DNA of 64,000 nucleotides from the human T2T-CHM13v2.0 reference genome, Homo sapiens. This document shows positions 28,251-46,254 of the stretch, piece by piece. The position numbers were made by a program, and so were the translations under genes. The notes under the pieces are model-generated. The model was not told the origin of the DNA and searched no databases. It was given only the letters and a program-made list of their open reading frames with translations. Every line of letters begins with the position of its first letter. The stretch's first letter is position 1. The DNA lies in the NCBI RefSeq assembly GCF_009914755.1, contig NC_060931.1, one strand, 5' to 3'.

Positions 28251-28975
28251 AACATGTATAATAAAGAATTCTATCAATGCTGAGGGAAGATGACTAGTTA
28301 AGGTCCTAGGTTGCAAGTCTCAAAACCTCTTCTAAGGATTGTAGACAGGAAATTAAATGACTTCTAGTCCCTAGAGTTCCCAATCTCCTACCATCCCATC
28401 CTAATATGACAGAAGTAATTCCTGAGTTGCTTCTGAAACCAGAGCTTCCCTCAGAACCCTTAGCCTGCCAGATGGCTTCTTGGAGAGCCCTCACTCACTT
28501 TTCTCCTTCTGCTATTGCTGCTCATTCATTCCAGCTTTTAAAAATTCATCTTTATCCAGGAACCTCGCTTCTAGAAAAGTCATACAGGTGCTTCCAGGAG
28601 GCTACATGGGCACCCATATTTTTCTAGCCACTTTCATTAGACCAATGCAGCAGAGAAGAAAAGCCTCAATAATTATTATGACATGGCATGTTAGGATACC
28701 AAGTAAATTGCATTTGTAAAATGTGATTTTCTGTTGGTGTTCACTTCTGCTCTACTGACATTTGGTAAGTATTATTGACTGACTGACTAACTAATGTGGT
28801 CATTAGTCTTCATAAAGAAAGGCTCTCTACAAAAACGGAAGGATGCCCTTTTTCTGGCATTTAATACGTAAGAAATTGCCTCCAATAGAAACCAGAGTTG
28901 CCTGATTACTATCAGCACAGGAGAAATGTATTAATGTGCCTTTCTAGTAACAGGTTTTTAGAAAGTCAAATATAA

Positions 28976-29547
<572 letters not shown>

Positions 29548-31208
29548 AGGATTGCTTTTACAGCCAGTCTTCAGGTGCCCACTGTAGGAACAATGTCATT
29601 TAACCCTCGGGATTATTCTGTGCCAAATATGGATAATGACTAATATCCAACACAGATATTCTCAGCTCAGAAGAGCAATTAGCAAATTCATAAATTAAGT
29701 GCTTGCTTCCTCTTTAGTCAAATACAAACGTTTGTTAAAAGATATTATTTTGCTTTACACTTTTTCTCTCAGAAATAAACAGATGCTTGAATTCCCACAG
29801 TGCTGCTTGAGCCTCACACCATGTCATCCTGCCAGGCACCCAGATCCAGTTCTAGAGTTTCACATGATCATGAGTGTTGGTTAATAAGTCAATGTGAACT
29901 GGGAGGGGAGATTTTTCAGTAGTGCCACAGGGCTCTCCCTTTAATCACATACACTCCCTGCTTTCATTGGAAAGTGTATAATGATGTCAGAGTGCCCCAG
30001 AATGGAGCTAGTTGGAAGACTGCCGTCATAGGGATGCCTTAGTGAATTAATAAGGTTTTAATTTCTGGCTCTCAACTTTGTAGATGTAAAAGTTGATTTA
30101 TCAATATGTGAGAAAGGATGAATCTTTCTGAAGGTTATGTCATCACACTCACTAAGCACACAGAGAATAATGTCTAGAATCTGAGTGCCATGTTATCAAA
30201 TTGTACTGAGACTCTTGCAGTCACACAGGCTGACATGTAAGCATCGCCATGCCTAGTACAGACTCTCCCTGCAGATGAAATTATATGGGATGCTAAATTA
30301 TAATGAGAACAATGTTTGGTGAGCCAAAACTACAACAAGGGAAGCTAATTGGATGAATTTATAAAAATATGCCTCAGCCAAAATAGCTTAATTCACTCTC
30401 CCTTATCATAAGGATAATCTTGCCTAAAGGGACAGTAATATTAAAGACACTAGGAATAACCTCTGTACTTTGGACAGTAGACCTGCATAGCCCATTAGGC
30501 CTCAATGAAGTCTTATGCAAGACCAGAAGCCAATTTGCCATTTAAGGTGATTCTCCATGTTTCTGCTCTAACTGTGCTTCACAATACTCAAAACACTAAA
30601 TCAGGATGTTTCCTGGAGTTCAGGGAGCTGTCCGTGTTACTGAGCAGTTCCCAGCAACACAAAGATCCTACTGACTCCTCATCAGACTTCCTTCTCACTG
30701 GAATTTTACACCTGGGCTGTTAACACCAGGCCAGGTCAAATTCAAAGGAGAGAAAAAAGCTCATTATGAAGGGTAAAATCCAAAACACTGTGCATAAAGA
30801 TATGTGTGCACACTTTTTATACATAAAGATTTCATAAAACCAAAGCATCAGGAAATGAAAAGAGATACAGAAAGAAAAATGATGGTAAATGAGACATTAA
30901 TTTACCCTTCTAATCTCTATCACAGCAAAAAGATAATTAAAAAATCTATATGAGGACCACAAAATACACAAAAATTATGTAGCAAAGCCTATAGCCTGAA
31001 AAAGTAAACATTGAAATTTGTATGTCCATAAAATGTTTACAAAATTCAGTACATATTACACACCCCACCCTAAAAACATCTAAGCAAAGTAGAGAATGTA
31101 GAAATGCTACAGATTATATTCTCTGATTATGACACAACAAAACTAGAAATTACAGCATGGAAATTTAAAAGCTTTCTCTTAAATAATTCTGTGTCAAAAA
31201 GAAATCCA

Positions 31209-31500
<292 letters not shown>

Positions 31501-31560
31501 AGAAATCCAAATAAAATTTCCAGAATATGTGGAAAATAGTGACAATAAAAATATTACACA

Positions 31561-31846
31561 TGTGTAATCCCAGCATTTTGAGATGCCAAGGTGGCAGGAT
31601 CACTTGAGACCAGGAGTTCGCAACCAGCCTGGACAACATAGGGAGACTCCATCTCCACACACGCCAAAAAAAATTTTAAATAGCCAGGTATAGTGGTACT
31701 TCTTGTAATCCCATCTACTTGGGAGGCTAAGGTGGGAGAATCACCCAACCTCAGGAGTTCAGGGCTTCAGCAAGCCATGATCATATCACTGCACTCCAGC
31801 CTCAGCAACAGAGCAAGATCCTATCTCAAAAAAAAAAAAAAAAAAA
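31561..31846 (+). mobile_element. AluJ
   Basis: Diverged Alu, ggcaggatcacttgagaccagg. Confidence 0.9.
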
Positions 31847-31977
31847 TCACATGTGGGAAATAGCTATAGCACAATAAAAATAAATGTATTAAGTATGAAC
31901 AACAAAAAAGCTAGTAAAGGTTGAACAACAACTATCCTTAGGAAAGTGGAAATAATGTATTAATAAATATGAAAGCA

Positions 31978-32319
<342 letters not shown>

Positions 32320-33131
32320 TTATAAATCAAAGCACTATGCCTTGAAAAGAGGGAGAAAAATTGTGAATTAAGGAAGGGAAGAGATGGTTGGAGAGGAGGT
32401 GGGAGAAGGCAGAGATAATTGAAGGAGCAAAAGCATCTGGAGAAGCAAAGCCACTGAAAGATGAACAGGGCTCTGAAAGAGATGCTTGATTGCTATCTTT
32501 TCAAATGACTGCAGTTCCCAGTGACATCATTTTTCTCCTCCCTGGAAGTCTGAGGGGCAGTTCACTTATCTCCTCCCCTCCCCTACTCCTCACCCCACAC
32601 TCAAAACCTGTCTATGCTCCTTTCATTCTCATATGACAGATTTCAGATGGCATTCTTATTTCCCTGATTTCTTTTTGAGATAGCTTGCATTTCCCTCCTC
32701 TATATAAAGCCACCGTTTATCAAATGCCTACATGGACCAAGCAGTCCACAAAGGCTTCACAGACAGTTTTACTAAACTCATGCCAAAACTTTCAGGTTTT
32801 ATACCTACCTTATAGATAAGGAAATTGAAGCTTATAGAGTTTAAGTAATGTTCCCAAAGCCTCGTGGCTAGTAATTCAAACCTAATTTCTGCCTACTCCA
32901 AAGTCTATTTTTCCTTATGATACTATACTGCCTCTCCATGGATAAAGACAGAGATCACATATTAATAAAATTTGCACAAAGTCGGCAAATTGTTGAAAGG
33001 GAAGGCTAAGATGATTAATAAAATCAAGAGCCAGATGATCTCAACAACCTGAAATAACTGGCTGACAACCAATTTGAATAACTCCCTGCGGGTGAAGTTC
33101 AAAGTACTATTTGGGTTTTTTTTTAAAGTTT

Positions 33132-33500
<369 letters not shown>

Positions 33501-33623
33501 TCAGCATTTTAGTGATCTGTATGGTCCCTCTATCTGTCAGAGTCCTAGCAGGAAATTGTTGCACTCTCAAAGGATTAAGCAGAAAGAGTTTAATGAAGGA
33601 TCTCTTTCCAGGGTTAAGGGAAC

Positions 33624-34381
<758 letters not shown>

Positions 34382-37300
34382 GGAACTAATTAGAAATGGT
34401 GATGCACCGAGGGATTGGCACCGAGGCTCCCCAACAGGAACTGAGGTCATGGATAGAAGGACACATTCATGTTATTTTTTTCTAATGGTTAAGTAATTAT
34501 TTGCTCTTACTCTCAAAATTTCTGCCAAGGCCTCCCATGGACCAAACTCAACTAGAATCTAGGAAGCAGAGAACCTGAGTGTTGCATTCAGCAGAAGTCA
34601 GCTTCCTAGGGAATCTTGCAGGAAGGGTGAAGGTAGAGAATCTGGTGGGGAAGCAAGCAAATGCCCATCACATGCACTTTCCTCCAACAGAGCGACTCAG
34701 ATGCTATAAAACTTGCTAACACAGTCTCAGGGTCTGATCACAGTAACATACAATCCAGGTTTTAATCATCAGAAATCACAGTCCTATTGTCTTCTGCACA
34801 GACCCAAACACACTTGGAGGTCATGTTCAATATGAATACCTCACAGAGAAGGAAATTTACACTCGAGAAGTACATCTGCAGAAAGCCAGCTGGCATGTCA
34901 ACCATTCAAAAACTCAGGGTGTTCTGGATAAAGAAGACTCAGGAAGACAAGTATGAAGCATAATCTGTGACATTCCATGCGGCAGACATTAGACACATAC
35001 AAGAGAGTTGTTGGAAAGCGGAATTTATCTTCATATAAACAACACTGAGCTAAATCTCAATATTTCAGATCTCTAGAACTATCCATCAGTGAAATGGATT
35101 GCAAATAGAAAGAGTAATACCATGTCACTTAAGAATACAATCATGGACGAGGCTGCCACCTGCTGTTGGGGGCCACTGCAGAAGAAATTCCAGAACACTG
35201 GACTGGAGAGCACCTCACTTTCCTTACAGCTCTAAGTTTCTGACTCAGTGACCTGATTCACTACCATATACACAAAGACCCACTTACACAAATGACTGTT
35301 CTTCACACTAGGCCCATGGAGACAGGGATAAAATTCTGAATTTGCTTAGATACCTTCTCTGCTACTGACATCTAGGCATTACACAATTCATCTCTTCATA
35401 TTTAACCTTTGAAGTTTGCTACTTCTCAGAGAGACTAATGAGTACTGAGCAAATATCCTGAAGCTGAGAATGCTTTTACCTCCTCTCAAAACAACGGAAT
35501 ATTCATCAAAACACAACAGTTCTGCACTTAACTTTAGGCCTTTTCTAACACCTTGTTTCTTGGCAGTAACTGTGGCCAGAATAGCTCTTTCCACAGATAA
35601 AGGACCTTTTGAAAGGATAGGGTCTCTAGATAGAAAAGCAAATGCCTCATTCCGGAAGGTCTTCAAGAAGAAAATGTTGTGGTGATAACAAACATAACTG
35701 ATTATAATCTATTCTGTGAAAAAAGCTTATGAAACAGTAGATGTGTGTATCTAGTACATAAGAGCTGAATGTCAATATATATATAGATATATACACACAC
35801 TCAAATAAATAATAGTTATCTCTAACTAGAGAAATTCTAGTTGCCTTATATTTTCTTCTTTTTCCTTACTATATTTTCTACAATAAACATGTGTTTTTAA
35901 CAAGAAAAGTCTTTTCTGGTGTGCTTTTTAATTTTCTTTGTTTAAGTGAGAGTGAGGCTACATAACTACATGGCTAGGTAGACTTTTAGAAAACTTGGCT
36001 GCTCTAGAAAATTGACATATCCTGATTTCTTCCATAGCTTGGATCTTGACCTAGAAGGAAATATAAAAGTGTTGACTTGAACCTGAGGGGTGCCATTTTC
36101 ACTGCTGAAGTAGTTTCATGGATCATGAATTGGAGAAATGACTTCAGCAACACGGGTGTTAAAAACAGAAAGCACAAGTGACCCACAACAGATGATGGAG
36201 AACAAAGAACAAGCTGGGAAAAGCAGTGGCCTTTAATACAGAAAAGAAGAAGTATAGCCACAATAAATATTAGGCAGACAGCAGTTCAGCAGTTTATACT
36301 ATTAAGCTGTTGTTTAGGGGAATGGTAAACCGACATGACCCTTGAGGTAGGTATATATAGGTAAATTCTATGTGTCCCTTGAAATAGGTGTATGACACAA
36401 CTTCTGGCATCTACATGGATTTGGTCACTCTAAAGTAGCCATGAGGCTTAAGATAGTTCAGCTGTTTGGGGATAAGTTAAATCATTTGCCATTGTCTTTC
36501 TGCAATTTGCATATCCTACAGTTATCATTGCCATTACTGAATGGCACAGAGAAAAATTCTGGTCTAAAGTGGTTCTCAAACCTGGTTGCTGGAGGGCCAC
36601 CCTCAGTGATGATGATTTAATCTGTAGAAGAGTAGAACATTGATAGTTTTTATATATCTCCAGGTAATTTTAATATATAACTGGGGTGAGAATCATTGAC
36701 GTAATTGTAAGAGGATAATATTCAGGAAATATGGAGATAAATAATTTTCTTCTCGACATTAAAAAAATCTAATAAAAAGTTTTATCTTTTCCCCTAACTC
36801 AGGGTCATCAGCCTTCAAGCTTCAGTCTCTGTGTGTTCACAGGTGCTGTAAACACACGCATCACTACTAATATCCCACTTCAGTGCTATTGCTGCTCCCA
36901 AAACTCCAGGTATTTTTAACCTTATAAACCTCCAGAATAATGAGACCACTGGGTTCAGTAAATTGCTTTGTTTTGAAGCACTATTAGACAAAGTGGGAGA
37001 CTAGAAGATAAATCTGTCAATGACATGTCCTTTAAGACTACTTAGATTTTGTTGAATTTGTGGATCATTCCTTACTTGAGCAAATGGTAAATTAACTCTC
37101 TCTTTTCTCTCTCTCTCTAGCTGGCACACTTTTTCCAGTAGCCATTCTACTTGGTATGCTTACTTATCAGCTGTCCTCCAGGGGCCTCACATTAGATGTT
37201 TCTCTGACTAACCAAACATGACACACAGCTGAAGTCAGAAAAACCAGATTGATAATTTCACTCAAACTATTTTCCTTCATTCTAACAATTTACTGGAGTA

Positions 37301-37631
37301 CACAATTGTGACTATTTTTAGCCATAGGAACTCATAGAAAGACCAACTTCATTAGACCTACAAAATCGAATTGTGTAACAGTATATGCAGTATGTGTAGG
37401 AATAAAAAGCATTTCTCAAATATGCAGTACTGGATTTTGCAAAAGCACCTTACATTAGCTATAAAGGAGTGGAAAACACAAAGATGAGTAACTGCACCTT
37501 TCAAAAGACTAGAGCTATACCAATAATACAAAGGTGTAAACAAATAATGATGAGATGACAAAGGCTGAGTGTTTTCTATTTGGAAGCTATGTTGTTGAGT
37601 TATTTATGTATATAATTTCATGCAATCTTCA

Positions 37632-37939
37632 TGTTATGGGGATGTTCTAATCCACTGTGACTCTGTCCTTAAATAAAAGGGAAATTTGGACATAGAGAGA
37701 GGCACACAGGGAGGATGCCATATGAGAATTGACACTGTGCTGTCACAAGCCAAGGAACTACTGGAAGGAGAGAAAGAGGACTGGAACAGTTCCTTCCTTA
37801 GCACCTTTTCAGGCAGCCTAGCCCTGCCAGCTTCTTGATCTGGACTTCTCACCTCTAGAATTGTGAGGCAATAAATCTCTGTTGCTTAAGTTACCCAGTT
37901 TGTGGTACCTTATTACAGGAGCCCTAGGAAAATAATTCA
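37632..37939 (+). mobile_element. MLT1 LTR
   Basis: cacaagccaaggaac...ttgatctggacttc..cctctagaattgtgaggcaataaat...gccctaggaaa. Confidence 0.8.
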
Positions 37940-38495
37940 TTATATAATCTGCTAAGGTAGATATGATCATTGTCTCCAATTTCCATATGAAGAAACTATG
38001 CCTCAGGCATTGTGTCAGTTGTCCAAAATCATACATTCCTGACTCACTTCAATGAATTCTTCATTCAGCAAAATTTTTAAGGTACCTTAAAAAAATTATG
38101 TTAACTCTTAGGGCCTTGCTTTAAAGCTTCAATGGGCTTTTCCTTTGCAAAGAATAAAATCCTAATACTTAAGCATAGCTCTCTTTCCTGGCTATGTTTC
38201 TGACATCCTGTTGTACCATGCTCCTCCTTAATCATTCTGAGGTTACATCTTAAGTCCTTTCCCCTTGCCATTCCCACTTCTTGGAATACTTTCCCATCAA
38301 CTCTTCAAAGAACTGCCTTCTTTAAGTATTTGGTCTCAGTTCCAATGTCACTTCCCTGTAAAAGCTTCCTGGCCATCAAGCCTTCTTTACACACTCTATT
38401 TTATTTTTTCATGGTTCCTAAAACAACCTAATATATTCTCAATTGATTAACTGTTTTGCTGACTACTGCCTTCCATAAGAATGGAAAGAAAATGT

Positions 38496-38728
38496 GGCCA
38501 GGTGCAGTGGCTCACACCTGTAATCCCACCGCTTCAGGAGGCTGAGGCAACATGGCAAAACCTTCTCTTCAAAAAATTTTTTAAAAGTTAGCTGGATGTT
38601 GTGGAGGCAAGAGGATCACTTGAGGATCACTTGAGTCCATGAGGTCAAGGCTGCAGTGAGTCATGTTTGCACCACTGCACTCTAGCCTAGGTGACAGAGC
38701 TAGTCACTATCAAAAAAAAAAAAAAAAA
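38496..38728 (+). mobile_element. Internally deleted AluJ
   Basis: Alu head and right arm; short tandem duplication ggatcacttga. Confidence 0.85.
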
Positions 38729-39729
38729 GAATGGAGAGAATGCTACATGAGAGAAAGGATCTTATCTATCATGTTCACCTCCCAAGAGGTGAACATATCC
38801 CCCAAAGCCTGATAGAGAGAAGATGCTCATTAATATTTAATGCATGACCATGTGCAGACTTGGGAGGAAAAATATGCCTCAGCCTATCAATATTGGATCC
38901 TTAATAAACAAGGATGTTTCTGCATCATTTCCCCACAACACCGAACAAGTGTGGCTCACTGTGGATGTTTAAGCAAATGCATTGTTTTTCCAGTTATATA
39001 TCTGGTAGAGATGAGGCCATTGATAGGAATGGGAAGACGATCTCCTTTTATTTTGATGATCCAGCATGGCTGAACACTCAGTGACTACCACTGCACTTTG
39101 TTGTACTTTCAGCATTAGAGATGCCAGCCCTGTAGGATATAAAACAGGAACATCTAGTCCTCAATTATATTCAGAATTACTCAAGTCTTAGAAGCACCAC
39201 TTGTCTTTTTTCAAGGGAGAGAAATGCTCAAGTGATGGGCTGAAGTGAAGGGAGGGAGTCACTCACTTGAACGGTTCCCTTAGGCTGTGTGGATGCAAAC
39301 AGCATTAGACAATGACACTGACAGTGGGAAATGCACTGGAGACGATGACTGGCAAAGCCCTCCTTTTCTCCCCATCCACTATAGATACTGACAGCAAAGG
39401 GTTTGTCACAATGACAACTATACACTCCCAATATCACAGAAGAAGGAGGAATAAAAGGGTATATTATGAGTGACTGAAGTTTAGAATAAATTAATAAATA
39501 TTATGTCCCTCATCCATAGAAACCACAAAGGTCTAGTAAGGCTAAGGATATAACAAGAAAATAATATGAATATTTGCTTCCCCTTCCTAGTGTAATAGAG
39601 TAAGTTACAAATGGCTTCAGGAAGGGGAGAGAGGAAGAAGAGTGGATGAGATACGTAAGAGTGCTTGAGGGCTAATTTTATGAAAGCTTTGGGAAGTTTT
39701 AAGAAAAAGAAAAGCTATTTTTCAAGGTA

Positions 39730-39739
39730 CATGTGTGTA

Positions 39740-39781
<42 letters not shown>
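39730..39781. repeat. (TG)n microsatellite
   Basis: Direct observation. Confidence 0.97.
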
Positions 39782-39786
<5 letters not shown>

Positions 39787-40196
39787 CAGAAGAAAGAGGG
39801 AGACCTAAGAAGACTATGAGACACTAAGAGAAAAATTAAGGTAAAAAAGACACACACTTAGAAAAACACACATAGGGAGGAGGGAGGAGGTTAAGACATT
39901 TTACTATGTGCTGTGAATGGAAACTACAAACCATTTTTGATATATGCAATATATATACATATATACACACATATACATATGTATTTAAATATTTAAATTA
40001 CATTTTCTCTTTTTTTAGAGATATGGTTTCACTATGTCACTCTGCCCAGGCTGCAGTACAGTGGTTGTTCACAGTCATGATCATAGCACATTATAGCCTT
40101 GAACTCCTGGGCTCAAGCAACCCTCCTGTATTAGTCTCCCCAGTAGTTGGGATTACTAGCATATGCCACCATGTCCACCTTTATGCTTTTTAAAGT

Positions 40197-41112
40197 GAAA
40201 AACCATACTAAGAATGAGGCAGCTCAACTTAATAATAAAAACATTTCAAATGTAAAGAAATTTACAAAAGAAAAACAATCAACCCCATTAAAATTGGGCA
40301 AAGGGAATGAACAGACACTTTTCAAAAGAATACATGCATGCAGCCAACAAACATACAAAAAAAAAGTTCAACATCACTGATCATTAGAGAAATGCAAATC
40401 AAAACCATAATGAGATACCATCTCACACCAGTCAGAATAGCTATCATTAAAAAGTCAAAAAATAACAGATGCTAGTGAGGCTATGGAGAAAAGGGAATGC
40501 TTATACACTGTTGTTGGGTGTGCAAATCAGTTCAATCATTGTGCAAGGAAAGTGATTCCTCAAAGAGCTAAAAGCAGAGCTACCATTCGACCCAGTAATC
40601 CCACTACTGGGTATATACCCAGATGAATATAAACCATTCTACCATAAAGACACATGCATACAAATGTTCATTGCAGCACTGTTCACAATAGCAAAAGTAT
40701 GGGATCAACCTAAATGCCCATCAATGACAGATTGGATAAAGAAAATGTGGTACATATACACCATGGAATACTATGCCGCCATTAAAAAATGATATCATGT
40801 CTTTTGCTGGAATATGGATGGACCTTCTATTATCCTTAGCAAACTAATGCAGGAACAGAAAACCAAATATAGCATACTCTCAGTTATAAGTGGGAGCTAA
40901 ATGATGAGAACTCATGAACACAAAGAATAAAACAGACACTGGGGTCTACTTGAGGGTGGAGGGTGAGAAAAGGAAGAGAAACAGAAAAGATAACTATTGG
41001 GTACTAGGTTTAATACCTGGGTGATGAAATGATCTGTACAATAACCCCCTGTGACACCAGTCTACCTATGTAACAAATGCCCCTAAACTTAAAATAAAAG
41101 TTAAAAAAAAAA
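40197..41112 (+). mobile_element. L1PA-type LINE-1 3' end (5'-truncated)
   Basis: gaaatgcaaatcaaaaccataatgagataccatctcacaccagtcagaat; ataaagaaaatgtggtacatatacaccatggaatactat; poly(A). Confidence 0.93.
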
Positions 41113-41247
41113 GAAAATTAAAATCTCCTTATCATCTACCTGGTAATATGAAAAACACATATCTTTCATTCATTCCTTTCAACTGATGAGGAAACTGAGG
41201 CATTGGGAGTTAGTAAAAGTCCACATTGAGATATGAGACCCACCACT

Positions 41248-41562
<315 letters not shown>

Positions 41563-43857
41563 TCATTTTGCAAGTGTTACCACTATTGTGTGTTAATATT
41601 GTAGAAGTATTCCTAATTATGATTTCTTTGTATTCCTAATTGTAATAGCTTTGTATTTGAAAAATTATTGATTCATACTCTATATGTTATTATTTTGTAT
41701 GCGATGACAACAGAATATATTATCATGCTCCTTTTGTGAATCTCATTCATAATATAAAGTATAAATTTGTGATTTTGCTTTAATTTGAAATATTAATTTC
41801 AAATATGTTATCACAATTTGATACAAACTATTGACAGTAAATCTGTGGATTAAGTAATGTCTTAGTAGGTATTGGGAAAATTTGAAACTAGTAACATGGA
41901 GGACTATTGTCATTGTTTATTTCAAAGCCAGTTAAAATTCTGCAAAGCAGTGTACATAAAAATAATTTCAAGAAATTTATAAAATACCGAGATTACGGTG
42001 TATAAACAACTTTAGATTCTTTGTTTAAGAAATTCTGCCAGTTTGTAATATATGCTTCATTCAAAGTAGCTAAGGGCTGTACCTGGCTAATAGTAGGCAC
42101 CTAATATTTGTTGAAAAGGAATACTGAGTAGCTGGGACCTCCTGAGTAGCTGGGACCACACACATTTAACCTGTATTTATAAAATTACTGTTTAGAGAAT
42201 AACATTTGATGGAATCATGCTTTTACTTTCTGCTTACGACTCAATTGTTTGTACTGACATTAACATCCCAAATCCTTAGCATGGCCTACAAGGCCCTGAG
42301 CAATGTGGCACCTGCTGAAGCCTGCTGCCTCATTTAATAACTCTTTGTCTCTTTCCCAGATCCAGCCACTCTAACATTTTTTAGCTCCTGGACCAAGACA
42401 AGCTCTTCCCAGAACCTGACCTTTGTACCTGTTCTTTATTCCTGGAGTATTTTTCCCCTGACAAATTACTTATCATCTATCATAATTCAGGTTAAATGGC
42501 ACTAACTCAGGGAAGGCTTCCCTAACTGCCTCCCTTCTCCAACCAAATTAGGAACAATTATATGGCCACATAGTATCGAATCAAGTTTATAATTTTAAAA
42601 TAATTGGGAGATTTTGTTGTTTAACACTTGTTTTCACTATAAGACTGTAATTACATGCAAGTAAGAACCATGCCTGTTTGTTCACTCCTGCCACAGTCAA
42701 AATAGTGCCTGGAATATGCAGTAAGGGCTGAACAAACACTAAATAAATGAACAAGTGAATAAATGGATATTGTCTCATTTTTAGAACAGAGTACTAAATG
42801 GATCATGAACACTATCTGGTATGTCACGTAGGTAATTTACAAGGGCTACAATTTCAGCTCAGATTTACCTTTTCCTGGATACAGGTCTTGATAGGTCTCT
42901 TGATGTCATTTCACTTCAGATTCTTCTTTAGAAAACTTGGACAATAGCATTTGCTGTCTTGTCCAAATTGTTACTAAGAATCAAGAGAGATATCTGACAT
43001 GAAATGACATTGGAAAACATTAAACACGATTGAAATAATGCTAGCCAATATGGTTATTATTAGAAACCAATTACATTTTCAACTTAAAAATAGTAATACT
43101 TATTGCAGACTCAAATGTGCTTATTCTAAAACAAGTAAATGTTTGCCTATGGTCTGAGATTCTAATCCACGGAGTTCATTCTAATCCACATTCAACACTA
43201 TCATGTACCAGTGGGCCTCATAACCCACCTAGCCCTGTGATTTTTCAGGTTCACTTTTCTAAACTTGTGAATTAAATATTTATTTTCTTAGTTCAGAAGA
43301 GGAAAAAAACTCTTGTAATTGTTGCCCATTTCAGGAGAAATCTTGCATATGAAAACAAGAGATAAATATACACAACTGAGGGCTGTGGTTTAAACAAAAT
43401 CTTGAGAATGTTTTTTGACCTTATACATTTGTGCTTTAGTATAACAAAATGATATAGACAAAGGTAACTTTTAATAGAACCAGTCACTACATTAAAAAAA
43501 TGACAAATTCTTCTGCTTAGCTAAGCAACAGAGAAGGTAAAATACTAATTCAATTCATCAATTTAAGCAATACTCATTAAGAGCCAAGTATGTGCTCACT
43601 GAATAAGCTGCTAAGGTTTGGTGGTTACAGAGTGTGCGGTGAAATGATGTCTACATCACAGTCCAACATTCACAGAGTTTAAAAGCCTACCAAGAATCAA
43701 GACAGACACAAATACCTAACATAGACGTTTGTATATGATAAGAGAGCCAGAGTACAATTTAGGAGAAGAAATTGTATGGAAGGAAGGTTCATTTCCATTA
43801 GACCAGAAAAGACAGCACATTTGAAGGCCTGAATAAGAAATATTCTGGATAAGATAT

Positions 43858-44270
43858 TGTGGCTGCTACCAGAATGGCTCTTGATGATCTCTACCTCTTG
43901 GTATTTATACCCTTATATAATCTCTTTCCTATAGTGTAAGCTGGTCCCAGGTACTTGTTTCTATTGAATAGAATAGAACAAAAGAAATGAGATGCCACTT
44001 CTGAGATTAGTTTATAAGATACTGTGAATTTCATCTTGTGCCCTCTCCCTCTCTCTCTTTCTCTTGCCCTCTCATTTGAATGAAGCCAACTGGCATGCTG
44101 TCAGTGGCACAGTGTAAGTCCTGTTACAAGAAATTGATGATTACCTGTAGCCAACCCTAAGTGAAGAACTGAGGTCCTCAGTCCTACAAATGGAGAGAAA
44201 CTGAATCTAGCTAAGAACCATGTGAGTGAGCTGGGAAGAAGATCCACCCTCAGTTGAAATTTAAGATGAC
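43858..44270 (+). mobile_element. MLT1 LTR
   Basis: gatgccacttctgagattag; gaagaactgaggtcctcagtcc; gaaccatgtgagtgagctgggaag. Confidence 0.75.
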
Positions 44271-45759
44271 ATATTGAGCAGACATACTGAGACACACTGA
44301 AAGTAAGAGAGCAGGAGGAAACAAAACCAGGGTCATACAAAGAACACAACTGATTTTGAGATTCTCACATAAGTATTACACCTTCAGTGAGCACGTGTAC
44401 TAGAAATTTAAAAAATAAATAAAATAAACCTTCAAAGTGAGCTAGCAAATAAATTTCCCTATGGTCTCAGCTCTGAGTGGAGAGAGAAAATGTTCCCTGT
44501 GGAGTTTATAGCCAGAATCCAGCTCTCAAACAGGTTTCAGCCTGAACTCACACAATCTGTTTGGCTTCCAAATTTGCAAGCTGAGAATTTAATTCAAAGT
44601 GGTCTCAGGTTGATAGCAGTCCAAAATGCTAGGTAGGAAAAAAAATCCTCTCTGGACAAATAAATCATCAAAGCAAGCTCATAAGAGCAGGTTTCAAAGG
44701 TCATGAGCTTCTAACACACACACACAAAAATCACACACACAAAATGGGGGTAGCAGCAACATGGGTAGCGTATTCAAACTTGAAAAGACTTTAAATATTT
44801 GTATTATTAGATGTAGATTATGAAACACATATTTTAATGTGGTTAATTTTTTTAAGGAATCAAAACTATGAGTAAAGACCAAGAAAATTGTGCTGGATGG
44901 CCACTTCCACCATGGCTCCCCTCCTATTTAAGTCTGGGTACTGTGTCACCCGAAGTCTTCAGGCACATTGTTCCAGGTTTGGGTTTGCCTATGAAAGAAA
45001 CTCATGAGAGCTGGAAATGAGGAGTGAAGAGGAGGTCTTCACATAAAGCAGGCTTAAGGATTAGACATAGCAGGTTTGACAGATGTGATGGCTTGCAGAA
45101 TCCTTTATGAGCTCCCACTGTCCATCTGGATAAGATTTACAGACCTTTCAGAAATTCCTATAAGCTTGGGTTCTGTGCCCACACTCTAGACTGTCAGGCT
45201 AAGATCTCTGATATAAAACAGACCTCTTCTGATTTTGTCTAGCTGCTTTTCTAATATCTATTCACCAAGCTCTTCCAATAATAGCATAAGGCCCTAATTA
45301 ATATTAAACTTTTATCATTATAATACATAGGATGTCTTCTGTTTTCCTGATCAAATTCTGACTACTATTAAAATATAAAGAATTGTCCAGAAATATATAA
45401 AAAAAGAATCACACATTGATCTTCTTTAAATGAAAATATAACAATTGTATGGACTAGGATGATTACAGTTGTTCAGTTCTGACTGTTATTTGAAGAAAAA
45501 AGCAATAAGAAGCCTCAGCAACTTAACAGAAGGAGCTGCCATTTACTAGGAGAAAAGATTGTGGATGAGAGTGTAGCAAAGGTCAGAATTCTGTGAAGCT
45601 TGAGATGTTTATTATAATGAATTATCTTTTATACTCACTACAGTTTCCTAACAATTTTGGGGTTTATATTTTTGAAAGAGATATACCTTTAATTTTCTTT
45701 CTTTGTACTATTGTTAGGTAACTTTAATGTGCAGATTATACTACAGTGAAAGTTGCCAA

Positions 45760-46254
45760 TGACAAGGCAAAGTCACTTACATCAGACCCAAAGCAAAGTG
45801 GAGCCGGGTCATGAAAAAGGGGATCTTGTGTGTCTGTCCACGATAAGCACTATCACAAGGACTTTCTATAAACTCACAAGAAATTTCTGCCCACCCAGCA
45901 CACAGTTTGTCCAGCTCATCCTGTAGGTGTCTCTATAATAGGACCTATCATAAAAAATTCCTCAAGACTGCAGCATTTCAGATAAGCCACCCTCACAAGA
46001 ACACTTGCCTAGCAATGGCTGTTTCTGCCAGTAAGTTAACACCAGCTCCTGCATCAGACCCTGTGACCAATGATGTTTGTTTCAAAACAGCTTGCATGGA
46101 CTTCTTTTTGTCTTTACATATTTTCCTTACCTCAACCTCTTGGGATGCACCTATGATTGATCATAGCACAAATATCTCAGATTATAATCCTTGTTTATTT
46201 CCAAATAAATTTATTTCTTTGGAGATCCACTTTTTCTGTTATTATACATTGACA
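45760..46254 (+). mobile_element. Probable ERV1-type LTR remnant
   Basis: aagaacacttgcctagcaatggctg; AATAAA followed by ...cattgaca end. Confidence 0.45.
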